Shown here: piece after piece, positions 42,293 through 52,334 of the stretch
Position numbering within the stretch: the first letter of the stretch is position 1
Layout of the letters: every line of letters begins with the position of its first letter
Assembly: GCA_965227695.1 (NCBI GenBank)
Contig: OZ245760.1
Span: 88,580 to 152,579 of the forward strand
Reading direction: 5' to 3'
DNA: 64,000 nt
Origin: Gammaproteobacteria bacterium
GTDB taxonomy: Bacteria; Pseudomonadota; Gammaproteobacteria; UBA4575
Notes under the pieces: generated by a model
The model's input: only the letters and a program-made list of their open reading frames with translations
Told to the model about the DNA's origin: nothing
Databases searched by the model: none
Position numbers and translations under genes: made by a program

Positions 42293-42733
42293 ATGAAAAC
42301 CTACGATCAGCTTATTGCTGAAGCAGCTGGCTATATTCCAGAATTAATGCCCTGGGATTTAGCTGAGCTTGTGAGTCAGCAGCCAGCACCATTATTAATC
42401 GATGTGCGAGAACCGGACGAGTTCCACGCCATGCGCATTGCCAACTCATACAATATTCCACGCGGCGTACTGGAACAGGCATCTGAGCCAGGTTATGACG
42501 AAAGTCACCCTGTTTTAATGGCTGCACGTAATAAACAGGTCATTGTATTATGTCGATCTGGCAAGCGCAGTTGCCTGGCTGCCTACACGCTCCATCAATT
42601 AGGTTATCAGCACGTGGCTTCACTTAAAACCGGTCTGCGTGGCTGGAATGATTTTGACCAGCCCTTGCTAGATAGTAACAATAATGAAATTGATGGCGAC
42701 AAGGCAGAAGAATTTCTCCGACCCAGAGTGTAA
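42293..42733 (+). CDS. Rhodanese-domain sulfurtransferase
   Basis: Active-site loop CRSGKRS. Confidence 0.75.
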   Translation: MKTYDQLIAEAAGYIPELMPWDLAELVSQQPAPLLIDVREPDEFHAMRIANSYNIPRGVLEQASEPGYDESHPVLMAARNKQVIVLCRSGKRSCLAAYTLHQLGYQHVASLKTGLRGWNDFDQPLLDSNNNEIDGDKAEEFLRPRV

Positions 42734-42855
42734 TAAACTGCGTTCTGTTTGCCTATTGGAACACCGGATAAAAAATATAATATAAAGCTTTGTGATTTAG
42801 CACCGAGTAAACTATTCTTTAAACAGACAAACACATCCGCGGAATCAGCAATACC

Positions 42856-43026
42856 ATGAGACCTTGGCAAAGAAATCGATTCGCACTCGTCGCAGCGATT
42901 TTCGCTTCAGTGGCAACCATTACCATGACAGGTTTTACCAACTCGCAAATATTCTCGCTCATCGCGTTATATTTTTTATTATTTTATCTTTATGTGAAGT
43001 TTTTTAACCGATACGACAAGAAATAG
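42856..43026 (+). CDS. Possible 56-aa two-TM small membrane protein (unlisted ORF)
   Basis: Hand translation MRPWQRNRFALVAAIFASVATITMTGFTNSQIFSLIALYFLLFYLYVKFFNRYDKK; weak. Confidence 0.2.
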   Translation: MRPWQRNRFALVAAIFASVATITMTGFTNSQIFSLIALYFLLFYLYVKFFNRYDKK

Positions 43027-43160
43027 CCTGACAGGGTGACTGGATAATCCATGCGGTCACAACAGTAATCCCAGATTAAAACCCGGCTTACCGGCAACGA
43101 TGGAAACGACAAGCCGCGACGCAGGCACGGGCAATAAGCATCATTAACCTGTGACTTAAA

Positions 43161-43505
43161 TCAATCGTAATGCTTATGATATTTTCGGCGCGTCCCTGCC
43201 CGTTGGGTAATCACACCGCGTACAACACCCGGCCCTTCGACTTGCACAGATCGATAACCCTCATTAACTGCTTTTAGAAAATAGTTATCGCCATCCTGAA
43301 TGAATTGTCGAAATATATACTCGCCATCAAGCTCGGCAATCACATATTTGCCATGCTCGGCATTGGCCGAGGGATCAATAATGATAATACAGCCATCGTT
43401 GAACTCTGGCTCCATGCTATCACCAAGCACGCGCAGGGCAAATGGCTCATCGTTCGCACATCCACCACCTGTATCGAGTTGAGTTAAATCAGAAATATCC
43501 GCCAT
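43161..43505 (-). CDS. S24 peptidase (LexA/UmuD C-terminal domain-like) standalone protein
   Basis: GDSMEP Ser motif and downstream Lys; start at MADISD with AAAGGGG RBS (ORF opens with GTG at 43526, overlapping ABC stop). Confidence 0.6.
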   Translation of the reverse strand: MADISDLTQLDTGGGCANDEPFALRVLGDSMEPEFNDGCIIIIDPSANAEHGKYVIAELDGEYIFRQFIQDGDNYFLKAVNEGYRSVQVEGPGVVRGVITQRAGTRRKYHKHYD

Positions 43506-43522
43506 TTGCACCCCTTTACCTG

Positions 43523-45310
43523 TCACTGCTGGGCACTTTTCTGCTGTAAGGCCCAGAGCTGAGAGTATAACCCATTACTGGCAAGGAGGCATTCATGAGT
43601 CCCCTGCTCAATAATTTTGCCTGAGTCCATTACGTAAATTTTATCCGCATCGACGATAGTGGATAAGCGATGCGCGATCATCAAAGATGTTACCTTTGTG
43701 GTCGCTTTTTGTATGGCTTTCATGACAGCAATTTCAGTGTGGCTGTCCAGACTTGAAGTGGCTTCATCAAACACCATGATTGCCGGTTTCTTGAGAATTG
43801 CTCTGGCGATAGCCACCCGCTGTATCTCGCCTCCTGATAATTTCAGACCGCGTTCACCAACCACTGTATCGAGGCCCTCGGGCAACCGCGAAATTAATGC
43901 ATCAAGATTTGCCAGAGATATCGCCTGACCGATTTCTTCTTCGCTGGCCTGCGGATTTCCATACTGCACGTTATAACGAATACTCTCGTTAAACAGTACC
44001 GTATCCTGCGGTACCATACTTATATGCTGGCGCAGACTATCCTGCGTACACTTTGTTATGTTCTGGTGATCAATATATATTGACCCCTCGGTAACATCAT
44101 AAAACCTGAATAACAGGCGCGCCAGTGTCGATTTACCAGAGCCGGAAGGCCCCACTATCGCGACTTTTTGACCTGGCAAAATTTGCAGATTAATATCCTC
44201 AAGTATTTTGCGTTCAGGGGTATAACTAAAGCTCACGTGTACAAATTTGATCGCACCTTGCGCAACATTTAGCGCTTGCGCATGAATATTATCTTCCACC
44301 TCCGGGGTCTGTTTTAATAAAGTCGCCAGCAGATCCATATCTGCGAGCGAATAAGTAATCTGCCGATAGACAATCCCCAACATATTCATGGGTACGAATA
44401 ACTGTAACATCAGCGCGTTTACCAGCACCAAATCCCCGATAGTCATTTCACCGGCAACCACACCCTGGGCAGCAAATATCATGATACCAGTCACACCTAG
44501 CGCGATAATGACTGCCTGGCCAAAATTGAGCAGTGACATTGTATAAGTGCTTTTGATGGACGCCTGTTCCCACTGATTCAGTGTACTGCTATAACGCTCG
44601 ACTTCCAGTTTTTCATTGTTAAAGTATTTGACCGTTTCATAATTAAGCAGACTATCGACCGCCTGTGAATGTGCCGCAGAGTCAAGCTTATTTGCCAGAT
44701 GCCGGTAATGCATGCGCCAATTAGTGAACATAATCGTAAAGATCACATATATCACGACAGTAATCAGGGTGATTAAAGTAAACTGAGGCCTGTAGGAAGA
44801 AAACAAAATACCTGTGACCAGTAATACCTCAAACACCGTTGGGATGACTACAAATACAAAGTAATTAGATAACGAACTTAAACTCTGGGTGCCGCGCTCC
44901 AAATCCCGGGTTACCGAACCTGTACGGCGATCCAAATGATAACGCAGTGACAATTGATGCAAATGCCACAGAACTTCCGAGGATAAACGACGCACGGCAT
45001 GAAACCGTGCGCGGGCAAACAAAACGTCCCGAAGCTCGTTGAACAGTCCGGTTGATAGACGCAACGCACCATAACCAAGCAGGAGTGCAATAGGTAATTG
45101 AAGGGCAATTTTTTCAACATCCAGGGAATCCACAACATGCTTCAACACCACGGGCACACTTACCGTGGCCACCTTCGCGACCATCAGGCTAACTAGCGCG
45201 AGGAGAATGCGCCCCCGGTATTCCCACAGATAGGGAAATAGCCGACGCAAATTTTGCCAGTCGGTCCGGGCAGTATGCGGCTCTTCAATCCTTGGATGGA
45301 TTCCTCTCAT
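43523..45310 (-). CDS. ABC exporter, fused permease-ATPase (ABCB/Atm1-HMT-like)
   Basis: 6-TM domain plus Walker A GPSGSGKST, signature LSGGEIQR, Walker B; 595 aa. Confidence 0.85.
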   Translation of the reverse strand: MRGIHPRIEEPHTARTDWQNLRRLFPYLWEYRGRILLALVSLMVAKVATVSVPVVLKHVVDSLDVEKIALQLPIALLLGYGALRLSTGLFNELRDVLFARARFHAVRRLSSEVLWHLHQLSLRYHLDRRTGSVTRDLERGTQSLSSLSNYFVFVVIPTVFEVLLVTGILFSSYRPQFTLITLITVVIYVIFTIMFTNWRMHYRHLANKLDSAAHSQAVDSLLNYETVKYFNNEKLEVERYSSTLNQWEQASIKSTYTMSLLNFGQAVIIALGVTGIMIFAAQGVVAGEMTIGDLVLVNALMLQLFVPMNMLGIVYRQITYSLADMDLLATLLKQTPEVEDNIHAQALNVAQGAIKFVHVSFSYTPERKILEDINLQILPGQKVAIVGPSGSGKSTLARLLFRFYDVTEGSIYIDHQNITKCTQDSLRQHISMVPQDTVLFNESIRYNVQYGNPQASEEEIGQAISLANLDALISRLPEGLDTVVGERGLKLSGGEIQRVAIARAILKKPAIMVFDEATSSLDSHTEIAVMKAIQKATTKVTSLMIAHRLSTIVDADKIYVMDSGKIIEQGTHECLLASNGLYSQLWALQQKSAQQ

Positions 45311-45505
45311 ATTGTCCTTTTTTCATCAATCATAGCGATTAAATTATGCCCGCTGGTTAATAAAAATTTTCTATTGGCCTTGGGCCTGTCTGATTGTGAT
45401 GCTTGCATGGGTGGTGACTCAATATGTAAGTCCGCGATAGTACACAGCATTTTTATCACCGGCGCACTGCTGCACAGGTTATCCACAGCTTAATGACAAC
45501 TCTAT

Positions 45506-45521
45506 CCACAATATATTGGGG
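45506..45521. promoter_or_regulatory. Candidate NrdR box upstream of nrdA
   Basis: ccaCAATATATTGggg matches the core of the reported NrdR palindrome; about 120 bp upstream of nrdA start. Confidence 0.3.
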
Positions 45522-45636
45522 TTGACTGGTTATCCCACCTCAACTTATAGTGTTGATCGATTGGCCGGGGACCAAAAGACACGCGCCAATAAGTACAAAA
45601 TTCCACGAATAATCATAAAGTTCCAAGAGAATCTTA

Positions 45637-48537
45637 ATGCAACCTGATAATACAATAACAACATATGAAAATGGCCGCTCACATACCGCGGCAGATGCTC
45701 CGTCTGACTCTCCAAGTGAACTGGAACTGCAGTCGACCGCACCTGGCCACTATCGTGTGATTCGTCGCAATGGCAAAGTCACCAACTTTGACCGTAACAA
45801 AATCACGATTGCTGTCACCAAGGCATTTCTGGCCGTGGAAGGGGGAGAAGCAGCAGCCTCTACGCGTGTACATGATACTGTTGCTCAATTATCAGCACAT
45901 ATTGAGCAAGCTCTGACCCGTAACCGTCCCGATGGCGGCACATTCCATATAGAGGACGTGCAGGATCAGGTCGAGCTTGCCTTAATGCGTGGTGGACATC
46001 ATAAAGTCGCCCGTGCCTACGTGCTTTACCGCGAACGACGCGCTCAGGAACGCGCTGAAAAACAGCAGCCTTCCGTTAACCCCGATCATGCCAAACTCAA
46101 TGTTACCGATGCACACGGGCGCAAGAAACCGATCGACATAGACAGGCTCACGGCCGTCGTGAACAGTGCATGTGAAGAACTCAGCAGCGTCGAATCCCAG
46201 CCCATCATCGATGAAACATTAAGGAACCTATACGATGGCGTGCCTGAAAGTGACGTCGCCACGGCTGTCACCATGAGTGCACGTACACTGATTGAGAGAG
46301 AGCCTAACTATACCTATGTCGCAGCACGCCTGCTGCTGGATAATCTTCGCTGTGAAGCCCTCAGCTACTTAAATGGTAAACCCAGCAAGGCAACCCAGGA
46401 GGAAATGTCTGGCCAGTATGCTGATTATTTTGAGAACTACATACATGAAGCTGCGCGCCTTGAACTCATTGACCCAAAACTGGCCATGGACTATGACCTG
46501 AAAATTCTGGGCGAAGCACTTGAACCGGCCCGTGATTATCAGTTCACATATCTTGGCTTGCAAACATTATATGACCGCTATTTTATCCACACAGACGGAA
46601 CGCGAATTGAGCTGCCTCAGGCTTTCTTTATGCGCGTTGCAATGGGGCTGGCCGTGAATGAAATCGAACGCGAAAAACGCACGATTGAGTTTTATCGTTT
46701 GCTGTCTTCTTTTGACTTCATGAGTTCTACGCCGACTTTATTCAATTCAGGCACGCTTCGCCCCCAGCTGTCATCCTGTTATCTCACTACAGTTCCAGAC
46801 GATCTACATGGTATTTTTGACGCGATTAAAGATGATGCCATGTTATCGAAGTTTGCCGGCGGACTGGGGAATGACTGGACCCGTGTCCGTTCCATGGGAT
46901 CCCATATCAAGGGTACCAATGGCAAATCGCAGGGTGTTGTTCCGTTTCTAAAAGTCGCTAACGATACTGCTGTCGCCGTTAACCAGGGCGGAAAGCGCAA
47001 AGGCGCCATGTGCGCATATCTGGAGACCTGGCATCTCGATATTGAAGAATTTCTCGATCTGCGCAAAAACACAGGTGACGATCGTCGCCGGACACATGAC
47101 ATGAATACGGCTAACTGGATTCCTGATTTATTCATGAAACGTGTAAGCGAGCAGCAAAACTGGACTTTATTCTCACCTGACGATACTCCAGATCTCCACG
47201 ATCTGTATGGCGCCGATTTCGAGGCACGCTACTGCCATTATGAACAACTTGCCGAGCAGGGTGAGATCAAAAACTACAAGCGTATAGCTGCGACTGATCT
47301 ATGGCGCAAGATGCTTGGCATGCTCTATGAAACCGGGCACCCATGGATGACTTTCAAGGATCCGTGCAATATTCGATCTCCGCAAGGCCACGTCGGGACT
47401 GTGCATTCATCCAATTTGTGCACTGAAATTACTCTTAACACCTCAGATGATGAAATTGCAGTATGCAATCTCGGGTCGGTCAACCTTGCTGCCCATATCA
47501 CTAATGGTCAACTCGATCGCAACAAGCTTGAAAAGACCATCAATACGGCAATTCGCATGCTTGACAACGTGATTGACTATAATTACTACAGCGTTAACAA
47601 AGCCCGCACCTCAAATTTGCGTCATCGTCCAATCGGTCTTGGGCTGATGGGCTTTCAGGATGCGTTATATAAACTGCGTATCCCCTATGCCAGCGAACAG
47701 GCTGTTGAGTTTGCAGACAATTCCATGGAAATGATCAGCTACTACGCCATCCAGGCCTCAACCGACCTGGCAGCAGAGCGTGGAACTTACCTGTCTTACG
47801 AAGGTTCATTATGGTCTCAGGGCATTTTACCAATAGACTCTATTGCGCTACTTGAAAAACAGCGCGGCGGGTTTATGAACATGGATCGCTCAAGCACTCT
47901 TGACTGGGATGCATTGCGTGCACGCGTTAAAGCCGTCGGCATGCGCAATTCAAACACTATGGCGATTGCACCTACAGCAACGATATCCAACATATGTGGA
48001 ATTACCCAAAGTATTGAGCCGACCTATCAGAACCTGTTTGTTAAGTCGAATCTGTCTGGAGAGTTCACCGTTTCAAATCCTTTCCTGATCTCCGACCTGA
48101 AGCGTCTTAACCTTTGGGACAACGTCATGATTAATGACCTTAAATATTATGATGGTAGCGTGCAAAACATTGACCGGATTCCTGAAGATGTGAAAAGCAT
48201 TTATAGAACCGCTTTTGAAATTGATCCACGCTGGCTCATCGAAGCGGCGTCGCGCCGACAGAAATGGATAGACCAGGCCCAGTCGCTGAATTTATACATG
48301 TCTGAACCTTCTGGCCAGAAAATGGATAACCTGTACAAACTAGCGTGGGTGCGGGGCCTGAAAACCACGTACTACTTGCGCTCGGTCGGTGCAACTCATG
48401 TAGAAAAAAGCACCATGGAAAATCATCAGCAAGGCAAGCTTAATGCGGTGCAACAATCTGATGTAACTCAAACCAATGGAAGCGCAGCACCAAGTGCATG
48501 CTCGTTGCTTGAGCCTGATTGTGAGGCTTGTCAGTAA
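45637..48537 (+). CDS. nrdA: Ribonucleoside-diphosphate reductase alpha subunit, class Ia, with ATP-cone
   Basis: ATP-cone N-terminus, catalytic Cys motifs, C-terminal Cys pair (CSLLEPDCEAC); 966 aa. Confidence 0.95.
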   Translation: MQPDNTITTYENGRSHTAADAPSDSPSELELQSTAPGHYRVIRRNGKVTNFDRNKITIAVTKAFLAVEGGEAAASTRVHDTVAQLSAHIEQALTRNRPDGGTFHIEDVQDQVELALMRGGHHKVARAYVLYRERRAQERAEKQQPSVNPDHAKLNVTDAHGRKKPIDIDRLTAVVNSACEELSSVESQPIIDETLRNLYDGVPESDVATAVTMSARTLIEREPNYTYVAARLLLDNLRCEALSYLNGKPSKATQEEMSGQYADYFENYIHEAARLELIDPKLAMDYDLKILGEALEPARDYQFTYLGLQTLYDRYFIHTDGTRIELPQAFFMRVAMGLAVNEIEREKRTIEFYRLLSSFDFMSSTPTLFNSGTLRPQLSSCYLTTVPDDLHGIFDAIKDDAMLSKFAGGLGNDWTRVRSMGSHIKGTNGKSQGVVPFLKVANDTAVAVNQGGKRKGAMCAYLETWHLDIEEFLDLRKNTGDDRRRTHDMNTANWIPDLFMKRVSEQQNWTLFSPDDTPDLHDLYGADFEARYCHYEQLAEQGEIKNYKRIAATDLWRKMLGMLYETGHPWMTFKDPCNIRSPQGHVGTVHSSNLCTEITLNTSDDEIAVCNLGSVNLAAHITNGQLDRNKLEKTINTAIRMLDNVIDYNYYSVNKARTSNLRHRPIGLGLMGFQDALYKLRIPYASEQAVEFADNSMEMISYYAIQASTDLAAERGTYLSYEGSLWSQGILPIDSIALLEKQRGGFMNMDRSSTLDWDALRARVKAVGMRNSNTMAIAPTATISNICGITQSIEPTYQNLFVKSNLSGEFTVSNPFLISDLKRLNLWDNVMINDLKYYDGSVQNIDRIPEDVKSIYRTAFEIDPRWLIEAASRRQKWIDQAQSLNLYMSEPSGQKMDNLYKLAWVRGLKTTYYLRSVGATHVEKSTMENHQQGKLNAVQQSDVTQTNGSAAPSACSLLEPDCEACQ

Positions 48538-48675
48538 ATTTTTTATACATACAACTAGAGGAGAAGGGCTGTTATTCGCGGTCCTGTCAGCCGGAGATAA
48601 CACTGTTGTACCGGGAGTTTAGGTGTCAACAGTGCTGTCTTCCGCCTCCATAACCAATAGAGGAGAATCATTAAT

Positions 48676-49896
48676 ATGTTCAATTGGGACGACCCGTTAG
48701 CCGATGCCAATTCGTCAGGGCAACAAAATCCTGCTGCCAATATGCCAACAAAATTCAGTGCCACAGACTCACCTGCTATGGGTACAGATACACCTGTAGC
48801 CCAAACCGCCTCTCCACAAACCATGCCTGTCACAAACGAATCTGCCGGTGCCACCGGACTTGAAGATATAGAGATGGGCGCTGCGCGCATTCGCGTTGAT
48901 GATAAAAAAATTATCAATTGCCGTGCAGACCTGAACCAGCTCGTTCCTTTCAAGTATGACTGGGCATGGCAAAAATACCTGGATGGCTGCGCCAATCACT
49001 GGATGCCTCAGGAAATCAATATGACTCAGGATATCGCGCTCTGGAAAAGCACTGATGGCTTAACAGAGGATGAGCGGACGGTAATCAAGCGCAATTTGGG
49101 TTTCTTCTCAACAGCAGATTCCCTTGTTGCCAATAATCTCGTGTTGGCCGTCTACAAACACATCACCAATCCAGAATGCCGTCAGTATTTATTACGCCAG
49201 GCATTCGAAGAGGCTTTACATACTCATGCGTACCAGTATTGTATTGAATCACTTGGCCTGGATGAAGGTGAAGTTTTCAACATGTACCGTGAAGTCCCGG
49301 CAGTCGCCAAAAAGGCTGAGTGGGCACTTCCGTTTACACAAAGTCTGGGAGACCCTCACTTTGCAACAGGCACCCCTGATATGGACCAGCGTCTTCTTCG
49401 CGACCTGATTGCATTCTATGTAGTTTTTGAAGGCATTTTCTTCTATGTGGGTTTTGTGCAAATACTGTCTATGGGGCGGCGCAATAAAATGACAGGCGTG
49501 GCCGAGCAGTTTCAGTATATTTTACGGGACGAGTCAATGCATATGAACTTCGGCATTGACGTCATTAATCAAATTAAACTTGAAAACCCGCACTTGTGGA
49601 ACAGCAGTTTTCAGCAGGAAATGGTCAAGCTGATCACTGAAGCTGTGGAGCTTGAAATTCAATATGCACAAGATACCATGCCTCGTGGCATTCTTGGTCT
49701 AAACGCTAACATGTTTGCAGAATACCTGCACTTCATTGCTAACCGTCGCTGTGCGCAAATTGGTTTGCCGGAGCAGTATCCAGGGGCAACAAATCCTTTC
49801 CCGTGGATGTCGGAAGTTCTGGATCTGAAGAAAGAGAAAAATTTCTTTGAAACACGTGTTACTGAATATCAAACAGGCGGTGCACTCGTCTGGTAA
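48676..49896 (+). CDS. nrdB: Ribonucleoside-diphosphate reductase beta subunit with low-complexity N-terminal extension
   Basis: Di-iron ligands (EEALH, ESMH), Tyr radical region, C-terminal tail; about 60-aa Ala/Thr/Pro-rich N-terminus. Confidence 0.9.
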   Translation: MFNWDDPLADANSSGQQNPAANMPTKFSATDSPAMGTDTPVAQTASPQTMPVTNESAGATGLEDIEMGAARIRVDDKKIINCRADLNQLVPFKYDWAWQKYLDGCANHWMPQEINMTQDIALWKSTDGLTEDERTVIKRNLGFFSTADSLVANNLVLAVYKHITNPECRQYLLRQAFEEALHTHAYQYCIESLGLDEGEVFNMYREVPAVAKKAEWALPFTQSLGDPHFATGTPDMDQRLLRDLIAFYVVFEGIFFYVGFVQILSMGRRNKMTGVAEQFQYILRDESMHMNFGIDVINQIKLENPHLWNSSFQQEMVKLITEAVELEIQYAQDTMPRGILGLNANMFAEYLHFIANRRCAQIGLPEQYPGATNPFPWMSEVLDLKKEKNFFETRVTEYQTGGALVW

Positions 49897-49956
49897 CCAA
49901 GTGCAGCGGTAGCCTGTGTCTCCGGGTTATGGGGCCACCGCACGGTGGTAAAGTTA

Positions 49957-49983
49957 GGCGGCAAACCTTTTGCCGCCTTTTTT
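49957..49983 (+). terminator. Rho-independent terminator after nrdB
   Basis: ggcggcaaa-cctt-ttgccgcc followed by TTTTTT. Confidence 0.75.
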
Positions 49984-49997
49984 ATTATTTCAATGTG

Positions 49998-50426
49998 CTA
50001 TTCAACGGTAATAGTAATTTTCTCGGAGATTACAGGTTTGTCGTGCGGAATATGATTATGATCACCGAGCAGCAACTGTAACGTATGTTGTCCGGGCTCA
50101 AGTGTAAGCACGGTTTCTGTTTGCCCCCCACCAAAATGTTTTATATTTTCATTCGCGGGTAACGGTTTTGATAAATCGGGAAGCGTTTCAAGATTAATCA
50201 ATATGTGATGATGCCCGGTATGTTCACGATCTGTACCTGCCGGGGCAACACCCATCCCCGTTAACCCAAATTTTACAGTAAAAGTTGCAGGGACAGTCGC
50301 ACCATCCGCAGGTTCAATGAAATAGACCTTAGCTCCTTCAGGGGCTTTTGAATAATTTAGCGACTCAGAGTAGGTTACATTGATTAAACCACTGAACATG
50401 AGTATACATAAAAAAAGTCGGGACAT
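49998..50426 (-). CDS. DUF4399-like secreted protein, His-rich
   Basis: Signal peptide, HTGHHHILIN and DHNHIPHD motifs; 142 aa. Confidence 0.45.
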   Translation of the reverse strand: MSRLFLCILMFSGLINVTYSESLNYSKAPEGAKVYFIEPADGATVPATFTVKFGLTGMGVAPAGTDREHTGHHHILINLETLPDLSKPLPANENIKHFGGGQTETVLTLEPGQHTLQLLLGDHNHIPHDKPVISEKITITVE

Positions 50427-50737
50427 AATGATTCCTTATGATATTAATAGCAAATCTTCATCAGCCTAGGTGGCGATAATAGCCACAAAAATCTACAGGA
50501 TTAACACTGATTCTTTATTTAACACTAAGACCCGTTAAACGATATAACATTCAATCAAATAAATCCATATCATGCCGCCGCCCTGTCATTTTATGTTTTA
50601 GGATAGGACCGCTTGCACATGTACCGCATTTGTTATTTGTTTTATCTCACCGGCGCGTTTTCCCGTGATGAAGAACATGACTCAAGCGGCAAAATAAATT
50701 ACATACTGTTGTTTAATTTAAATCATACAAAAACAAA

Positions 50738-51169
50738 ATGAATACCAGTATCTGGGACATATATATCAATTCATACATTGGTTCAAAAGGCTGTGTATGG
50801 GCTGGTCCAGATGCCGTTAGTCTTCCGCTGACTACGCCAGTTCATATAATCACCGCATGGAATCCTTATGAAAAAATTCTTTCACTTTCACAAAATACTA
50901 AACGCAATCGCGACTTACTGGATATGCTGAATCAATATAATATAGAAGTACTCGATGTCGTAGGTTATTCGCCAGGTGAAAAATGGAAAGAAGAGAGTTT
51001 TGCCGTTTCCGGTCTCAGTCGTAATCAGGCATGTCAAATAGCTATTAGATATGGACAACGGGGGATTTTTGAAATTCTTGAAGACATCCTGCTTGTTATA
51101 GAAGTCAATTCTCAAAAAATAAGACGAAGTCGACCTAGAATTATCAGGAATAAGTGTTACCATGTATGA
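50738..51169 (+). CDS. DUF3293-like hypothetical protein
   Basis: HIITAWNP motif; 143 aa. Confidence 0.4.
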   Translation: MNTSIWDIYINSYIGSKGCVWAGPDAVSLPLTTPVHIITAWNPYEKILSLSQNTKRNRDLLDMLNQYNIEVLDVVGYSPGEKWKEESFAVSGLSRNQACQIAIRYGQRGIFEILEDILLVIEVNSQKIRRSRPRIIRNKCYHV

Positions 51170-51193
51170 ACAGCAAATCACTGAGTCTACCTT

Positions 51194-51532
51194 ATGAGCA
51201 AGCATATTAAATCTTCTCTTTCTACAACTGAGTACGAACCATTCATGGTCGGCGACAAGCAGGCAGGCGAAGTGCATTGGCTAACAACACAAAACTCCAG
51301 TGGCGCACCGACATACTCGGGTTTATGGCGTTGTGAACCGATGACTTTTGAGTACGAATTTCCTGGCGACGAAATATTTCATATTATCGAAGGCACGCTG
51401 AAAATAGATCTTGAGGATGGCAGCAGCGTGACCGTCAGCGAGGGCGATATTATTTCGTTTGACAAAGGCGTCAAGTCGACATGGACAGTACAGAGCTCAT
51501 TCAAGAAATTTTTTGTGATTTCAAACTGTTAA
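51194..51532 (+). CDS. Cupin-domain protein (DUF861-type)
   Basis: Small cupin barrel (GDEIFHIIEGTLKI ... GDIISFDKG). Confidence 0.5.
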   Translation: MSKHIKSSLSTTEYEPFMVGDKQAGEVHWLTTQNSSGAPTYSGLWRCEPMTFEYEFPGDEIFHIIEGTLKIDLEDGSSVTVSEGDIISFDKGVKSTWTVQSSFKKFFVISNC

Positions 51533-51715
51533 GACAGCTTAAGTCTTCTTTGCTGAGACATGTGTATTCATCGCATATAGAGTGAGTAATGGAAAAGATA
51601 ATATTGAATCCATAAATAGGGATGTCAGCAAATACCATGGTCATGTATTAAAGCATTTATACTGATTTATAATTTATTGGCCACTATTGAAATAAAACAG
51701 ACTCATACATTATTG

Positions 51716-52321
51716 TTATAGTTGATTCCACTTCTTCTTACGCTGCCAGGGAATTCTGGTTAGAACAATTCCGAAAATCATACTGACAACCACTACGATT
51801 GCGCCTCGCGTAAACCATTCCCGATCTTTCATCGGTGATTTTAGCACTTCACTCTCAGCGGCCAACTTGTCAAATCGCTGTTTCTCCAGGGCCAGCTGAG
51901 ACTTGAGGCGATCATTTTCTCTTTGTAGTTCCAGTGGACGTTGTGCAATTTCCTTAAGTTGCTGTATTTCTTTTTGCATTGCCGCCTTCTCTTGTGCGAC
52001 AGCCTGATCAAATTTTGTTTTAAGCGTTTCAAACCGTTTTTCAAGTTTCGCCAAGCGCTCCCGGCCTGACGGCTCATTCATTAGATAACGTGATAGCACC
52101 CACCCTTCTCTGCCATTTTGCATTCGCACCCGGCTATAGCCTTCACTTTCCTCTAATACCTGCAATGGCGTACCACTTTTTATCTGACGAATTATTTCAT
52201 GCTTGGTACTTTGACCCGTTCGCAGCATGATTTCAAATTCATCAGTGACATATTTTGTTTCTGAGGATGCCACCTGGCTTGCGACAAGCAAACCAATAGC
52301 AAAACATTGTTTAACTAACTT
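51716..52321 (-). CDS. Bacterial SH3-domain protein, YgiM-like (coiled coil plus C-terminal TM)
   Basis: Signal peptide, SH3b region, coiled coil, C-terminal hydrophobic helix then basic tail. Confidence 0.6.
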   Translation of the reverse strand, partial: KLVKQCFAIGLLVASQVASSETKYVTDEFEIMLRTGQSTKHEIIRQIKSGTPLQVLEESEGYSRVRMQNGREGWVLSRYLMNEPSGRERLAKLEKRFETLKTKFDQAVAQEKAAMQKEIQQLKEIAQRPLELQRENDRLKSQLALEKQRFDKLAAESEVLKSPMKDREWFTRGAIVVVVSMIFGIVLTRIPWQRKKKWNQL

Positions 52322-52334
52322 CATCTTATTATTG

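Noticed and set aside
43505-43526. GTG start of S24 peptidase overlapping the ABC transporter stop
   Set aside because: It is possible, but the ATG 21 nt downstream has a better Shine-Dalgarno (AAAGGGG). It is kept as an alternative and not asserted.
45541-45555. Second NrdR-like box caacttatagtgttg
   Set aside because: It matches the consensus poorly in either orientation and is not at canonical spacing from the first box; retained only as a weak note.
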